This document shows, in pieces, positions 39,715 to 52,011 of a stretch of 64,000 nucleotides of DNA; the first letter of the stretch is position 1, and the number at the start of each line of letters is the position of its first letter. A program made the position numbers and the translations under genes. The stretch covers positions 16,368,001 to 16,432,000 of the forward strand of contig CM119379.1 in the NCBI GenBank assembly GCA_051294905.1, in the 5' to 3' direction. The notes beneath the pieces were generated by a model. That model was not told where the DNA came from. It did not search any database and saw only the letters and a program-made list of their open reading frames with translations. This DNA is from Botryllus schlosseri (Eukaryota).

Positions 39715-41040
39715 ATGTCAGTGAAACGAGCTGTTAAAAGATCGCTACCAAAGAAAACTCAGTTAAACCACAGAAAAAAAGGCAATCGTGTCTACGACGA
39801 TGACATAGCCAGCGATTCTGATGAGGAATTTATCAACGACAAATCCGTCGAGGAAGACTCTGATTTTGAGGAGACGGCGCAAGAGAAAAAGCTACGTTTA
39901 ACGAAGCAGTATCTGGATGAGCTTAAAGAACTCCAAGGGGACGAAGAAGGTGACGCAGTTGGAGACAAACTCCAGGAAGATATTTTGGAAAACGCTGGGC
40001 GACTCAGAAAGCAAATAGCAGATAGATGTGTTCAACCTACGTCTGACGATCTCTGTGTACTGCGAGGTCACAAGCTGCCGATAACGTGCTTGGTCCTCAC
40101 TAGTGATGGTAAAACTTTATTCACAGCGTCGAAAGACTGCTGTATCATCAAGTATGGCGTAGAGCAAGGAAAGAAATTGAATAAAATTGTCGGCGGGCAC
40201 AGTCGAGATTCGGGAAAGCATCACACCGGTCATATTCTAGCCCTCGCTATTTCAACGGATAGCAAATTTCTTGTTTCTGGCGGTGCGGATAAGTTGATTC
40301 ATGTGTGGAAAGTAGAATCTTGCGAACACATCCACCGCTTTCAAGGGCACCGAGACATCGTAACTGGGCTTGCGTTTCGCATGAACTCCCACCAGTTATT
40401 CTCAAGTTCTTACGACAAATGCGTGAAAGTCTGGGATCTGAATTCGATGGGATATGTGGAGACTTTATACGGCCATCAGGACCAGGTACAAGCTTGCGAC
40501 AGCCTCACGAGGGAGCGGTGTGCTACTGCTGGCGGTAGAGACGGTACTTTACGGATATGGAAAATCGTTGAAGAATCCCAGCTTGTCTTCAACGGCCATC
40601 ACGGGTCGATAGACTGCATTAAGTTGATTAACGAAGAGTACTTTGTGTCGGGATCTGATGATGGGTCTGTTTGTATTTGGAGTGTTATGAAGAAGAAACC
40701 CATAGCTACAGTTAAAAATGCTCACCCCGGTGTAGATTCAACAAATCCTTGGATTACATCGGTAACGGCATTGGTAAATTCAGACTTGATCGCTACTGGA
40801 TCGTCAAACGGGGTCGTTAAAGTGTGGAAGTGCGGTGCCAAATTTTTATCGGTTCAATGTCTGTTTGAAATACCTATCGTAGGCTTTGTTAACAGTCTCC
40901 AGTTTTCGCCAACCGGGGATAAATTGTTCATCGGCGTAGGCCAGGAGCACCGTTTGGGTCGGTGGTGGCGCATCAAAGATGGTCATAATTCTGTTGTTAT
41001 CGCTAAGTTATTTGACGCTGCAAGCAACGACCAGTCATGA
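39715..41040 (+). CDS. RRP9: U3 snoRNA-interacting WD40 protein RRP9 (U3-55K), 441 aa, single coding exon
   Basis: Uninterrupted ORF; basic/acidic N-terminus, ETAQEKKLRLTKQYL, WD40 repeats, C-terminal GQEHRLGRWWRIK motif; polypyrimidine acceptor TTCTTTTTCTGCAG ends 52 nt upstream of the ATG. Confidence 0.96.
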   Translation: MSVKRAVKRSLPKKTQLNHRKKGNRVYDDDIASDSDEEFINDKSVEEDSDFEETAQEKKLRLTKQYLDELKELQGDEEGDAVGDKLQEDILENAGRLRKQIADRCVQPTSDDLCVLRGHKLPITCLVLTSDGKTLFTASKDCCIIKYGVEQGKKLNKIVGGHSRDSGKHHTGHILALAISTDSKFLVSGGADKLIHVWKVESCEHIHRFQGHRDIVTGLAFRMNSHQLFSSSYDKCVKVWDLNSMGYVETLYGHQDQVQACDSLTRERCATAGGRDGTLRIWKIVEESQLVFNGHHGSIDCIKLINEEYFVSGSDDGSVCIWSVMKKKPIATVKNAHPGVDSTNPWITSVTALVNSDLIATGSSNGVVKVWKCGAKFLSVQCLFEIPIVGFVNSLQFSPTGDKLFIGVGQEHRLGRWWRIKDGHNSVVIAKLFDAASNDQS

Positions 41041-41830
41041 GATATTTGAAGTGTGTTACTCTCGGGATGTTGTGGGTAGCTTCTGGATTACAGTTCAAGA
41101 GAGACATGGTTTTGTGCCGCACCTTCTTTCTAATTCAGCAGTATTCACTACTCGTTAGTAGGCCTGGACAAAATCGGACATTGAAGTAATGTGATTCCAA
41201 GTCGAGTATTAGGGTACCACCAATTGCTACATCATATTTATTAGGAGGGTCGCAAGGTAAATATAGTTAAGGCCAGTTGCAGCTCATCGAAATTATAATT
41301 TTATCGTTTTTGACCATGACTATTTAATTGGGCTCTGTGACAATGCCTTGAGTCGATCACTACGGTAATTCATGGAAATGTTGCCGTAATGAATATTTGT
41401 AGCTTTGTGCAGCACCAGGACTTGAATGTTGGGCTACCGCCAATTGTGGTTTCGGAGCACTCGTGGTGGGGTGAATGCACTGAAACTATACTTGTCACTA
41501 AAATGACTCGTAGTGACGTAGTGTGATGACTTATAGAGATGAGTCAACTCTCATGACCCGACTACTGGTACTATAGTCACCATATGCGTGTGCATGTGCA
41601 TTGTGCAGACTTACTGGTCTACTCTGAGCACATTCTTTTCGACTGCATGTGCTCCTGAACCCATTTGATTGAGATGGTTGTTACCTGTATGAGCATTTTG
41701 CAATCACTGGGATTTCACCACACTGGAACTGTCTGGTTACATCACTAACACGACCTGATTGAATCCTCAAACATGGTTTACTGAAATAGGTATCTTGTTG
41801 CTGCCGCAATGTGCTAGCTTAGTGAATTGA

Positions 41831-41962
41831 ATGCATGCGAGTTTTAGCAGGAATAGTGTGACCTGGTATCAACCTAGAGTTGAATGAAGTACCAAGATGC
41901 ATGCGAGTTTTAGCAGGAATAGTGTGACCTGGTATCAACCTAGAGTTGAATGAAGTACCAAG
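41831..41962. repeat. Perfect 66-bp tandem duplication (2 copies)
   Basis: ATGCATGCGAGTTTTAGCAGG...GAATGAAGTACCAAG at 41831-41896 and 41897-41962. Confidence 0.95.
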
Positions 41963-42180
41963 ACAGCATTCATGCATTTATTTGATGTCATGCGTGATTA
42001 AACACAGGACATGGGTACATAGGCAATGTATCAGCTTTTCCAAATGTGTGGTAGCCAACGGATCATTCTACATCCTATGGATATGCGGGGTGAAAGTATC
42101 CCTTATCAGAGACATATATTTCAATACAGAGACAAGGATAAATCATAGGTCGGCTTACAGGGTGATCAACAACATACAAG

Positions 42181-42654
42181 TCGGGCTGGGCAAAATCGAG
42201 TACCTGGGCGATTCGATTCTGAATCAAGTAATATGCTTCGAGTCAAATAATCGAGTATCACTATTTGGAACATCACACGAGAATGTAATACGTCAAAGTT
42301 CAAATGTGTACGGCTTATGCGACCACAAAGAATAAATGCCTGTTATCCATCTCATAAATGATACTTTGGTAATTCGTCGACCATACCGATTTCCAATGTT
42401 GTGGGATAACCTTGACTTCGGAAATGTGCTACGTCCAGTAACCTTCGTAGCTTTCGACGATGTGTTTTGTATGCTGTGATACAGCCTATCAAAATTTCAA
42501 GGCCTCGATAATGAATATTAGTATCGAACTATAATCCGTGTTGATAAATCAACTTTCAGTGGCGATAAGCGTATAATTTCATCGTCTTTAACTGCTCGAC
42601 TTGAAATTAATCTCGATTCAGATCCGACTACTCGAATCATTGTGTCCAGCCCTA
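42181..42654. mobile_element. MITE with GGGCTGG-type TIR
   Basis: Left GGGCTGGGCAAAATCGAGTA and right TACTCGAATCATTGTGTCCAGCCCTA; a related reversed fragment lies at ~17360-17450. Confidence 0.6.
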
Positions 42655-42957
42655 CATACGAGCATCGAAATATTCAATTACAAACTGCATCGATGCTCCA
42701 GTTAAGCAGCACCTTGAGTGAGAATGTGCCAATCCTCGTATCATAAAAAAATGGATATAGTCTCTTAATATTTACACAACACGACCCAATCATTTTTATA
42801 CAAGATGAAAAAGTTTTCATATCGTCAGTAGACAAAAAAGGCGGGAAATAAGATGAAAGGACAACGGATGCATATGTACTGTACATTGAATGTTCCATGT
42901 CGAAAATTTCATAAATACAAGTGGAATTCGTATAAACTAGCAGACGTGCAAGGCAGG

Positions 42958-45900
42958 CTAGGAATTGTTCAGTTTCATCAACTTCTTATTGGTCTGATGA
43001 GTCTTATCGTCCACGCGGCCGACTTTATCCGTTAGCCTGACGATAACCTTGTCTTGCTCGTCGATCTCTTCCCCGAGTCCGCGCCCGAGCTCTTTCAATC
43101 TCGTGAGTCCGCCCAGCATCAAGTCTGAAGTGACAAATTCGTGTCGCCCAGTGTTCAAATATGTAGTTGAGTTACGTAGACAGTAAAAAAGTAGGCATAC
43201 TTCTATTATTGGAGTACTCAAGTCACAGGTTATGCCGACTTAAGTGGTTGTGATTTTCGACTATTTAGACCAGGGGTGTGCCAAACATGCGGGCCTCATC
43301 CGAGCAGTGAAGCAATTTTAAGTAATAAAAAGTTATTTCATTATCCAGCGAAATTCCATAAAAGGTTGACAGTTTGATGCAAGTTGTTGCACAACTTGTG
43401 ACGCAAAACGTCCCCGGCCTCCGTAGGAACCAGAATGTTGATTAAATAATAATGAACCAGCGTCCGTGGTTAGAACCTCTCGTCTTCCACACAAAATAGG
43501 CGCAGGGCCAACATCACGACTAAAACAACGGGAGCAATTAATAGATCTAGTTATATCGTCTTGACCCGCAGGTCACTGTTTCAGTGGTGTGTGACTGGAA
43601 CCAATCGGTAACTTATCATATTTTGCCAATTTCATGTTATGCAAATAAATGTGTACGAATAGAGTCCCTATTATTCATAATATTGCGTCTAATGCTTGAT
43701 AATTAAACATTCCAATGAAAACAAAGGCATGGAACTCGAAATAAAATTTTGTCATCATGTGACTGGTAAGCATAAAATTTTCACACAAAATGCGTTATGG
43801 TATAGGTCTGCATGTGTTATTGGATCTAATGTAGAATTCCATATATTGGATTCCTCATGGTGAAATTGTATACGCAATGTAAATAATTAAACTTCATTAG
43901 TGGCCTAAACATTAACCTTAACTCTGTTGCTAACGTCCAAAGGTCAGTAGTGCGTCTTGCACACTCTTTCTGTCACTGGGATACCTAGGCGGTTAGTAAA
44001 TAGCTTGTTTTGAGATCATAACTTCACACTTGCGACAACATTTGTAGTTACATAAGCACCCCAGCAGAAAGGCGCATGCTTGAACATAGCTACTTCCTGT
44101 TGTAATTACAATGCTATTTCCGAGTGTCATGTGTGAAAACGTCTCAAACGATACTGGATACCGATTACTGAACAAGAACAGTATGGGGTACCTAAATTTT
44201 GGTCGACTTCTTGCATGCGTTCATTCTTTGCATTGCTATCGGTCTTTCCATACTGCTGCCTGCTTTCTCGTTGCTTTGCCAAAACCGGATGACTGTCGTA
44301 GTCAGAACCGGAAGGGTATCCCGCGTTCTCTGAGGCAGTAAGTGCGTTGCTTAATCTGGAAAAAGACATGAATATTCAGGAATGTTAATGTGTCTATCAA
44401 GCTCAAAACCAAGAATGATATCATTGAATAGCTGGTTCGTGGTACAAAACGAAGATAGCTTTAATTGGAACGTCCATTGTTGTAATACATTTATCAATAT
44501 GATATAATACAACTGACAACACATCCTTCACACCATTAGCTTATTAGGAGCACGTGTTGGTTATCAACAACATGATAGAAGTGATAATAAAATAATCCAG
44601 CCAATGAGCCCTATTGAAGAACAATATTTATTTGTTGCTTATTTTCTTTGGTTGTCTGCTACTTTGCTAGTAACGGTAATCGAGAGCCAAACAATGGAGT
44701 TAGTTAAATATACCTTCTTTAGCATGAGAAATAACTCAGCGTGATTTGTGGTGGTATTTCAAATATCTGAATAGGTAGAATTATGTGACGAGTTATACTA
44801 TGTCAAGATAATGTTTAGAACAATGCTGAAAACATATTGTGTAAATCAAACTCAAACGCTAACCATCATACAGAAAGTGAAAAATCATATCTTGACGCCT
44901 GTGGCTATGCATGTCACAAATCATGTGACTCCTTGATGCACACGAATCACGCCAACCGCCATATGGCATAGTTTAGAAATGGTGGAGTCAATTTTCGTAG
45001 ATAGCAATAAAATTACAGATAAGTTGTGGAGGGGAATCCCAAAATATTGCACACACTTGACACTACACCATTACAAGGAATACCATGAGTCATACATTAC
45101 GGACAGCAACTAGTTTCAGTCATCTTAATGGAAGGTTAGACCAATAGATCAAATAGATTAAACACTGACATCATTGTCCCACTCCCACAAATGTATGAAT
45201 CATCAAAACACTGGAAATGAGACAACAATATTAATCACACTATTGAAAGATATCATGATTGCCTGGCAGTATTCATTCAAATACATATTTAGATACGTAC
45301 TTGGAGTTGGTTTCTGGTTTCGAGTCGTCAAAAACTTGGACTGGTTTCTGGGCCGGTTCTTTCTTGAATTTATTGAGAAAGGCGCCCCACATGCTTTTGA
45401 TGCTTTGAATGTGCCGGTCACTTTCCTTCAAGTCTTGTTCCATTTTATCTACCCTTTTCTCCGTCGCTCTCAGCTTCTCGCCTTGATCTATCAATTCCTA
45501 AAAATTACGAAGAAACGATATAACTACAGATGTTGATAGCCGATTCAGATCAGATTCCAATATCCAAGATAGAATAGAATTACGGTAAATCAATATTTCT
45601 TTACAGTGACTAGGTACAGTTTAATCAAATTCACTTTCAAAGTTAATATACGTGAAATACAAACCCGGCAGAATATCGCAAAGATTTAGTAACGGCTGCT
45701 TAGAAAGCCAGGGACTGTCATCTTGTTTTACGCTACTCAATAATTCTGATGCTTCAAGACCCGATTTCAGGGTAGAAATTTCCACACTATATGGCAGTGG
45801 CTTCCAACCATTTTTCGATCGCGGCCCCAATTTCCGGTTAGAAAATGTACTGCAGCCCGAGATTACTAAAGAAAATTGGTCAGCATCTTCGCTCAGACCA

Positions 45901-46685
45901 ACTCACGGCCTATTTGGGAAGCTAATTACCAAAAAAAATCACCACTGTTGCAACCCCAGAACAAAGGCAAATGACTGCGGGTTAAAAACTTAGGCCTACT
46001 GTTGTATTGTATCCAGCATAGCTTACACAAGCTTATACACTTACTTATTGAGGTCAAAGATAAACACCAGCCAAGGCTGTGTCAACAAAAGGAGTTCGTG
46101 TACCATATAAAAATAGTACATTTAACGCACTTTTATTCAAAATTTCATGCTGGTGACATGTTCTTTCCAATTCTCTACTAGTTGCCGACGATAACCCCTG
46201 AGCTGACGAATGTCAGCCGAAAAATGGCCGGGTTCATTTCAATATGAATATACTATTCAATTGTATATTGAAGTTTTGTACCTCCAAGAAACTCTTCAAA
46301 GATATCTACGGCATAGTAGCTACGACAGGATGATTGCCAAGCTATCCATGGCATAGCGTAGTGACGTGACATTCAAGAAACTGGTTAAAAAATGATTACT
46401 AGGCTACGCGCATAATCATACTAATTATCATGACAAGATTAATATATGACCACCCAGAACATATAACAGAATACTTACTTTCGCTGTTTCTGCCCCAATC
46501 TGTTCGGATTCATAGAGTAAGCCAAGCGACCTCTGGGTACTTTGCACCATATCTATTTCCTTCCTCTTGACGACCTGTCTAAAATAATTCGAGGGATCCT
46601 TGTCTGGATCAAACTCTTCATCATCGTCTTCCTCCCATCTGCTCCTTGGCTTTGGGTCATCATCCAACCATGGATTCCCCGACAT
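42958..46685 (-). CDS. SNAP29: Synaptosomal-associated protein 29 (Qbc SNARE), 244 aa
   Basis: Exons 46479-46685, 45301-45497, 44192-44355, 42958-43124. Two t-SNARE helices (STQRSLGLLYESEQIGAETAKELIDQGEKL; RLKELGRGLGEEIDEQD), no palmitoylation Cys cluster, no TM segment, N-terminal NPW+acidic motif. Confidence 0.93.
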
Positions 46686-46858
46686 TTCTAGTTTCCTATA
46701 TATTACCGTTAATAGGGATATACTGTGAAACCAAACAACATCTTTTGATAACGAGCACATCCGATGCTGTGAAATATAATTTGATCTAATTCATCATATA
46801 TTTTAGGCTACAACATTTTAGTGTAGACTAGCCACAAATGGCTAATAACAGCATATTC

Positions 46859-47115
46859 GTCGCTGGGAAACCAGACAGTGTTAATGTTTTATGTCCATTT
46901 TTTGAAATTTTGACTTTTTTCCTATGACTATTTGGACATAGATCTTGCGTTTTAACCGGGTTCCAAGCTCACAAGTAGCAGGAATTTCTAGTGAACTGGA
47001 CATATATACTTGAATTTTCAAGATAAATTGAAAACAAAACTGGTTATGTCAAAATTTCATGGTCGAAGTCAAAATTTCCAAAAATGGACATAACACTGTT
47101 TGGTTTTCCAGCGAC
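46859..47115. mobile_element. Palindromic MITE upstream of the SNAP29 ATG
   Basis: GTCGCTGGGAAACCAGACAGTGTT...TTATGTCCATTTTTTGAAATTTTGACT is inverted at AGTCAAAATTTCCAAAAATGGACATAACACTGTTTGGTTTTCCAGCGAC. Confidence 0.75.
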
Positions 47116-48448
47116 AAATTATGATAGTGTTGTTGATTCTAGCCTACATAAATTTAAAACAGCTGTGTTAAACCATATCAATCTAATCTCATACAAAGGG
47201 CTGAAAAGAGTCTTCTGGTTTTGCACAAATACTATATAGGCCTATGTTTTAATGCCTTGTAGGCTATTAGTGTTAAATGATACAGGTTGGTTGTTGCCAC
47301 ATCAAGACCTACGGCAACGTATTTACCACTTAAGCAAGCCACACTTATCAAATCTGCGCATATATAAGCACAAAATATTATGTAAAATGAACACAAAATC
47401 ATAATCAACTTAGCCACATGTACAAACATTTTTAATATTGAGCTGGGCATGTCACGCTTATATTCATCAAAAACCTGATGGTAATTTTACTAATATGCGC
47501 ATAGTACACAGCAGTCGTCAAAATTCAAAATATTTATGCACATACGTATGAAGTAAATTCCCCACGCTTTCGTTAGAGGGAGCTGCTTATTGTTTGAGCT
47601 TCTCAAGCATTGTATTTCAAAGTGGTCATTGATTTCGTTTCAATAGCTGCATACGTGATCATTATATCGCACTGTGCATGGTGTGTATTGAATGCATGGA
47701 AATGCTAAACTCTATTGAAATCTCGGGACAAATTCCATATATTTTCACATGATGAGATGACTTTTCCGAGTGATATTAATGTAAGGTTTAATGAAATGAC
47801 ACTAGATCGTGCACGGTAATGGGTGGTAGGCCTATATCATAAAACAATTCAATTTTGCAGCGTAAGGATTCATTCTAGCCTAGGGTGGAATCAATGTCAC
47901 ATTTCTGCAATTTATTTCATTTTATTTGAATTATCCTAATGTGACAGTGCCGATATTGCAGCTTGACGAGACTAGAATCGTATGTCCAGTTCTATTTCAA
48001 TGCGTGGAATCTGTCGCAAGCGATCAACTGCGGCCTGCACAACGTTTGGAGGGCTTGCGGTGTGCTACCCGAATGTAAACAAGTTAAACCATCATATCAT
48101 AAATACAAGCCAATATTTAAAAAAATGAAGGCTAGTGGGACAATATTATCTATAATATAGTGAATTAGCAGTCGCGGTTACGGCTGACTAAGCCAAAATC
48201 AATTTATAGCATTTGTGGCGAGTCAGCCCACTTGGAGGATCATATAGCTGCTCACCCGATATATCAGGCAAAACGGCCAGCGATTCCCGTCGGGTAGACA
48301 ATAAGACAAGACAACATAATGTAGAATAGTGAATAACGGGTACCATCTGACTTGGAAGGTAGACAGCTAACGCAAATATTGTACGGTAATAAAAACTCCT
48401 CGCCTTACCTCTGCTCCCTAGTCCCTACTGGGTTTTCTACGTTCAGTT

Positions 48449-49478
48449 CAGAGATGCCACTGAGATATTTTGGAAAAACCCAGATTTGGACGTTAAAAAA
48501 ACCCAGATCCTCTATTTCACTCAAATTTCTATGATATATATAGCTGTAAAACAGTGACTGAGAGTCATCAATCACAGTTATACGGACATAGAAGAAGTTT
48601 TAGCCCTTGATATTGAAATCCCAACAGCTCATTTCCATACTATAAGATGCATGTTGCTTAGTTAAATGAGCAAATCCATCGAAATATGTTTTCCTCTCGA
48701 CACATTGCTACCAGGCATTTGGTATGGGGGGTCAATACGTAGTGTATTATATATTCGTAATGTTAGTAACAATGCTAATCCCCATCTATCGTGAGGGTGA
48801 TTGTAGGGTAGTTCTAGTGACTGTGAGCTGACCAGATGGATTGAAAATAGCTTTCGATTCATTAAACCCGGGACAAACACTTTTATCTGGGATGTTTAGT
48901 CAAAAAAGAAACTGTCAAATCATGAAATTAGGAGTACATTTGCGTTTAACAAACCCCTCTCACTCTGAATAACTTGCCCGGTTGCCCAAAATGTCTCTCT
49001 TTGAGTGTCCCTTTTGAAAGTGAATATACTCTGACGTCAACGTGTTTAATTAGTTAGATCAACAATTGGTCTTTCCATGTGCATAAATTGCATACTTTAC
49101 AGCAGTTACATACTATTTACTGACACACAACGAATTTGTTGCAGCGCTACCGGTAGCATTCAAATTCTAAATCAGAATTGCTCTGTTAGCAAGACTTTCT
49201 GCGACCTAGTAGTCAGTATTCAATGAAGCTCTATCGCATCACGCCAAGACCTCTCATTTTAATAGTAAATGGGTCTCTTTGGACTCTGCCGTTTCAATCA
49301 CAGTGGAATCCGTCGACATTAGAAGATCTTACCAATCTAATAATCCATTTTGCGCCGTAAAATTGACCTGACAAACATGTTGAAAAAAAACCCAGATTTC
49401 AAGCACAAAAACCCAGAAACCCAGGTGATGCTCGAAAAACCCAGATCTGGGTGGAAAAACCCAGGAGTGGCATCTCTG
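48449..49478. mobile_element. hAT non-autonomous element (~1.03 kb), probable internally deleted and decayed transposon
   Basis: Perfect 12-bp TIR CAGAGATGCCAC / GTGGCATCTCTG, perfect 8-bp TSD GTTCAGTT, subterminal AAAACCCAGA repeats at both ends. Confidence 0.92.
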
Positions 49479-49972
49479 GTTCAGTTCATTCAATCTTTCA
49501 TCGCCAGCAGTGCGAGTGCCGAGTAGGGCCCTGTTGTTTACTAAATATCACAGAAGTCGCGGGTATCGAAGACATTACTTGTGAGGATAATGGATATGGC
49601 AGATCATATTAGCCTTTATAAAGGCATTTATGATAAAGGCTATGCTGACCTCACAGTGTCCTACTACCATAGCCTTTGAAGCCGGGTGTCAAAATTAACT
49701 TCCGCCGCGGGCTGGATTCAAACTTTCAGATCGCTCGAGGGCCGCACTAGTCAAATGATTTCAAAATGTTACCTCGAAATCCATGGCCTTGTTTTTCCCT
49801 GGAATATTTTATTACCAGGCATTATATAATATTAAGATCCATAATGGGTGACTTTTTTCCTGTTAACTCGTCCCTTGCATCTGTGGGCAATTGTGCAATG
49901 TCCATTTTTCGAGCTGTAGGAGTAATGGCTGAAAAGGGGATTCGCCTATAATTCGAGTGCCGCGACTTCACC

Positions 49973-50407
49973 AATAAATACCAAGATTTAAGCAGCTGTT
50001 CTGGTTTGGTATGATACAAACCCTTATACTACATATATTATTTTGAGTTCAGGACATCATTTTCATATTGCACCCTACCTTAAAAATCCCCAAGCCTACC
50101 TCGGACTGATCATCAGTTGAATAAATACCAGGATTTAAGCAGCTGTTCTGGTTTGGTATGATACAAACCCTACTACAGATATTATTTTGAGTTCAGGACA
50201 TCATTTTCATATTGCACCCTACCTTAAAAATCCCCAAGCCTACCTCGGACTGATCATCAGTTGAATAAATACCAGGATTTAAGCAGCTGTTCTGGTTTGG
50301 TATGAAACAAACCCTACTACAGATATTATTTTGAGCTCAGGACATCATTTTCATATTGCACACTACCTTAAAAATCCTCAAGCCCACCTCAGACTGATCA
50401 TCAGTTG
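49973..50407. repeat. Tandem repeat, 3 copies of 147/144/144 bp
   Basis: Units start AATAAATACCA(A/G)GATTTAAGCAGCTGTTCTGG at 49973, 50120 and 50264; followed by a GACTC-MITE right end (50408-50433). Confidence 0.95.
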
Positions 50408-52011
50408 ATCATGACTCGAGTCATCCCAACACTGGTTGAAGCATATTGAACTACAATCAGATGTAGGGTAGTTCACGTCGTTGTGAATTGTAATTGTAGA
50501 ATCGTAATTTCAAGAAATCATGGTCGACTACAGTTAAAAAATATTCAATTGTTATGTAGCAGTACGAATACTCGACTCCTTAGTTTCACAGGATTTATGA
50601 CACAAACTGAACATGTGAACAGCTACAGAGAGATAGAAAAAGCACATGTCAAATATGCAGTATGGAATAAAAACAATGCTTAATTGGTATTGGCTGGCGC
50701 TGGTTATATGATCGTGACAATCTACGATAAAATTACGCAATGGATATATTGTAACGTTAAAGCAAATGACCTTATCGACGGTTTCTTTCAATCCAGTTAT
50801 ATTTACAAGTTATGATGTCATTTTGCGGAGCTGGACACTCAGCTAGGTGCACAATAGATTGCTATGGCCAGCGGCATGTCAGTGGAAACTGCATGTGTAC
50901 ATGTACATGCAGTTTACTACAACTGAATTCCACAAGTTGAAATTCACGTTTCTATCCGATTAACACAAATGCAGCACCACTAAGAGATAGTAATGTGATA
51001 AAATACAAAAAAAGGATAAAAAGGTGTCTGTCCAGTAATCACACGGTGGTCTACATTGAATAAGATTTTTAAATTTCAAATGTACAGTTGTGACCTTTAA
51101 ATTTGAAAAATGTAATTTATGCACATCACAAAAACAGGTTGAACCGGAATCAGCAATACAAAAATAACGAATTTAAATCAGGGTCAGAGCAGATACACAC
51201 TGTACACCATAGCATAACACTTGATCGTTTGCATATATACATTGCAGCAGGAAAGTCCGGACATCGTTTAGAATACCAGAAAAAGCAGTGAGTCATCAAA
51301 TCAGGAGCTACTTTGAGGATGTTAGTCCAGAGCTCAAACTGAGAGACGAATATAGTTTGACTTTGCATTATTACTGTGTAAGCAGGATAGCCGTAACTAT
51401 TCAAATTAATTAGCGCAAATTGTTACTACAACACTATGTACATATCACCACTTGGTGGTTACACAGTTCCCTTTAATTTAAAGATACATATGCTTGATTG
51501 GTTTTACAATACGAGAGCAGCAAGGAAACTCTCATAAATTCACCGAGACTTAGAATATGTATATAAATTTTATGTACATTGTTCGAATACATATTAACCA
51601 GAAGCTTCAAGAGCTGACCTTCAATGGAAAACACGCCCACTGATTGTGGTGTTTTACAGTTACACTGTCAGCTCTAAAAGCTTTATGTTTAATTAGGTAA
51701 AATTTGATACAGATCAATAATATCCATACAATAGTTTCCTCCATTTAAACGATTCATTGACGAAATTGCGACTCATTTTAATTGGGCTACGGCAAACCCC
51801 GCTCACACAGTGCTCTAGCGTTTTTTTGGAATTGCTCAGTTTGAGCCTGAAATTCCACACTCTCCTCAATCTCATGATCTCAAACGACGGACATGCAACA
51901 AGGATCCTTCCCATCGTGAATATCCCGTCCAAGCCGTCTCACTCCTTCTCTTCGTATCCTTTAATATCGAAAACTTTCCCCGCATGCATATGCTGTTGAC
52001 GCACATTTCCT

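Noticed and set aside
41946-42335. 129-aa ORF
   Set aside because: Non-ATG start, overlaps the tandem duplication and a MITE, no recognisable domain.
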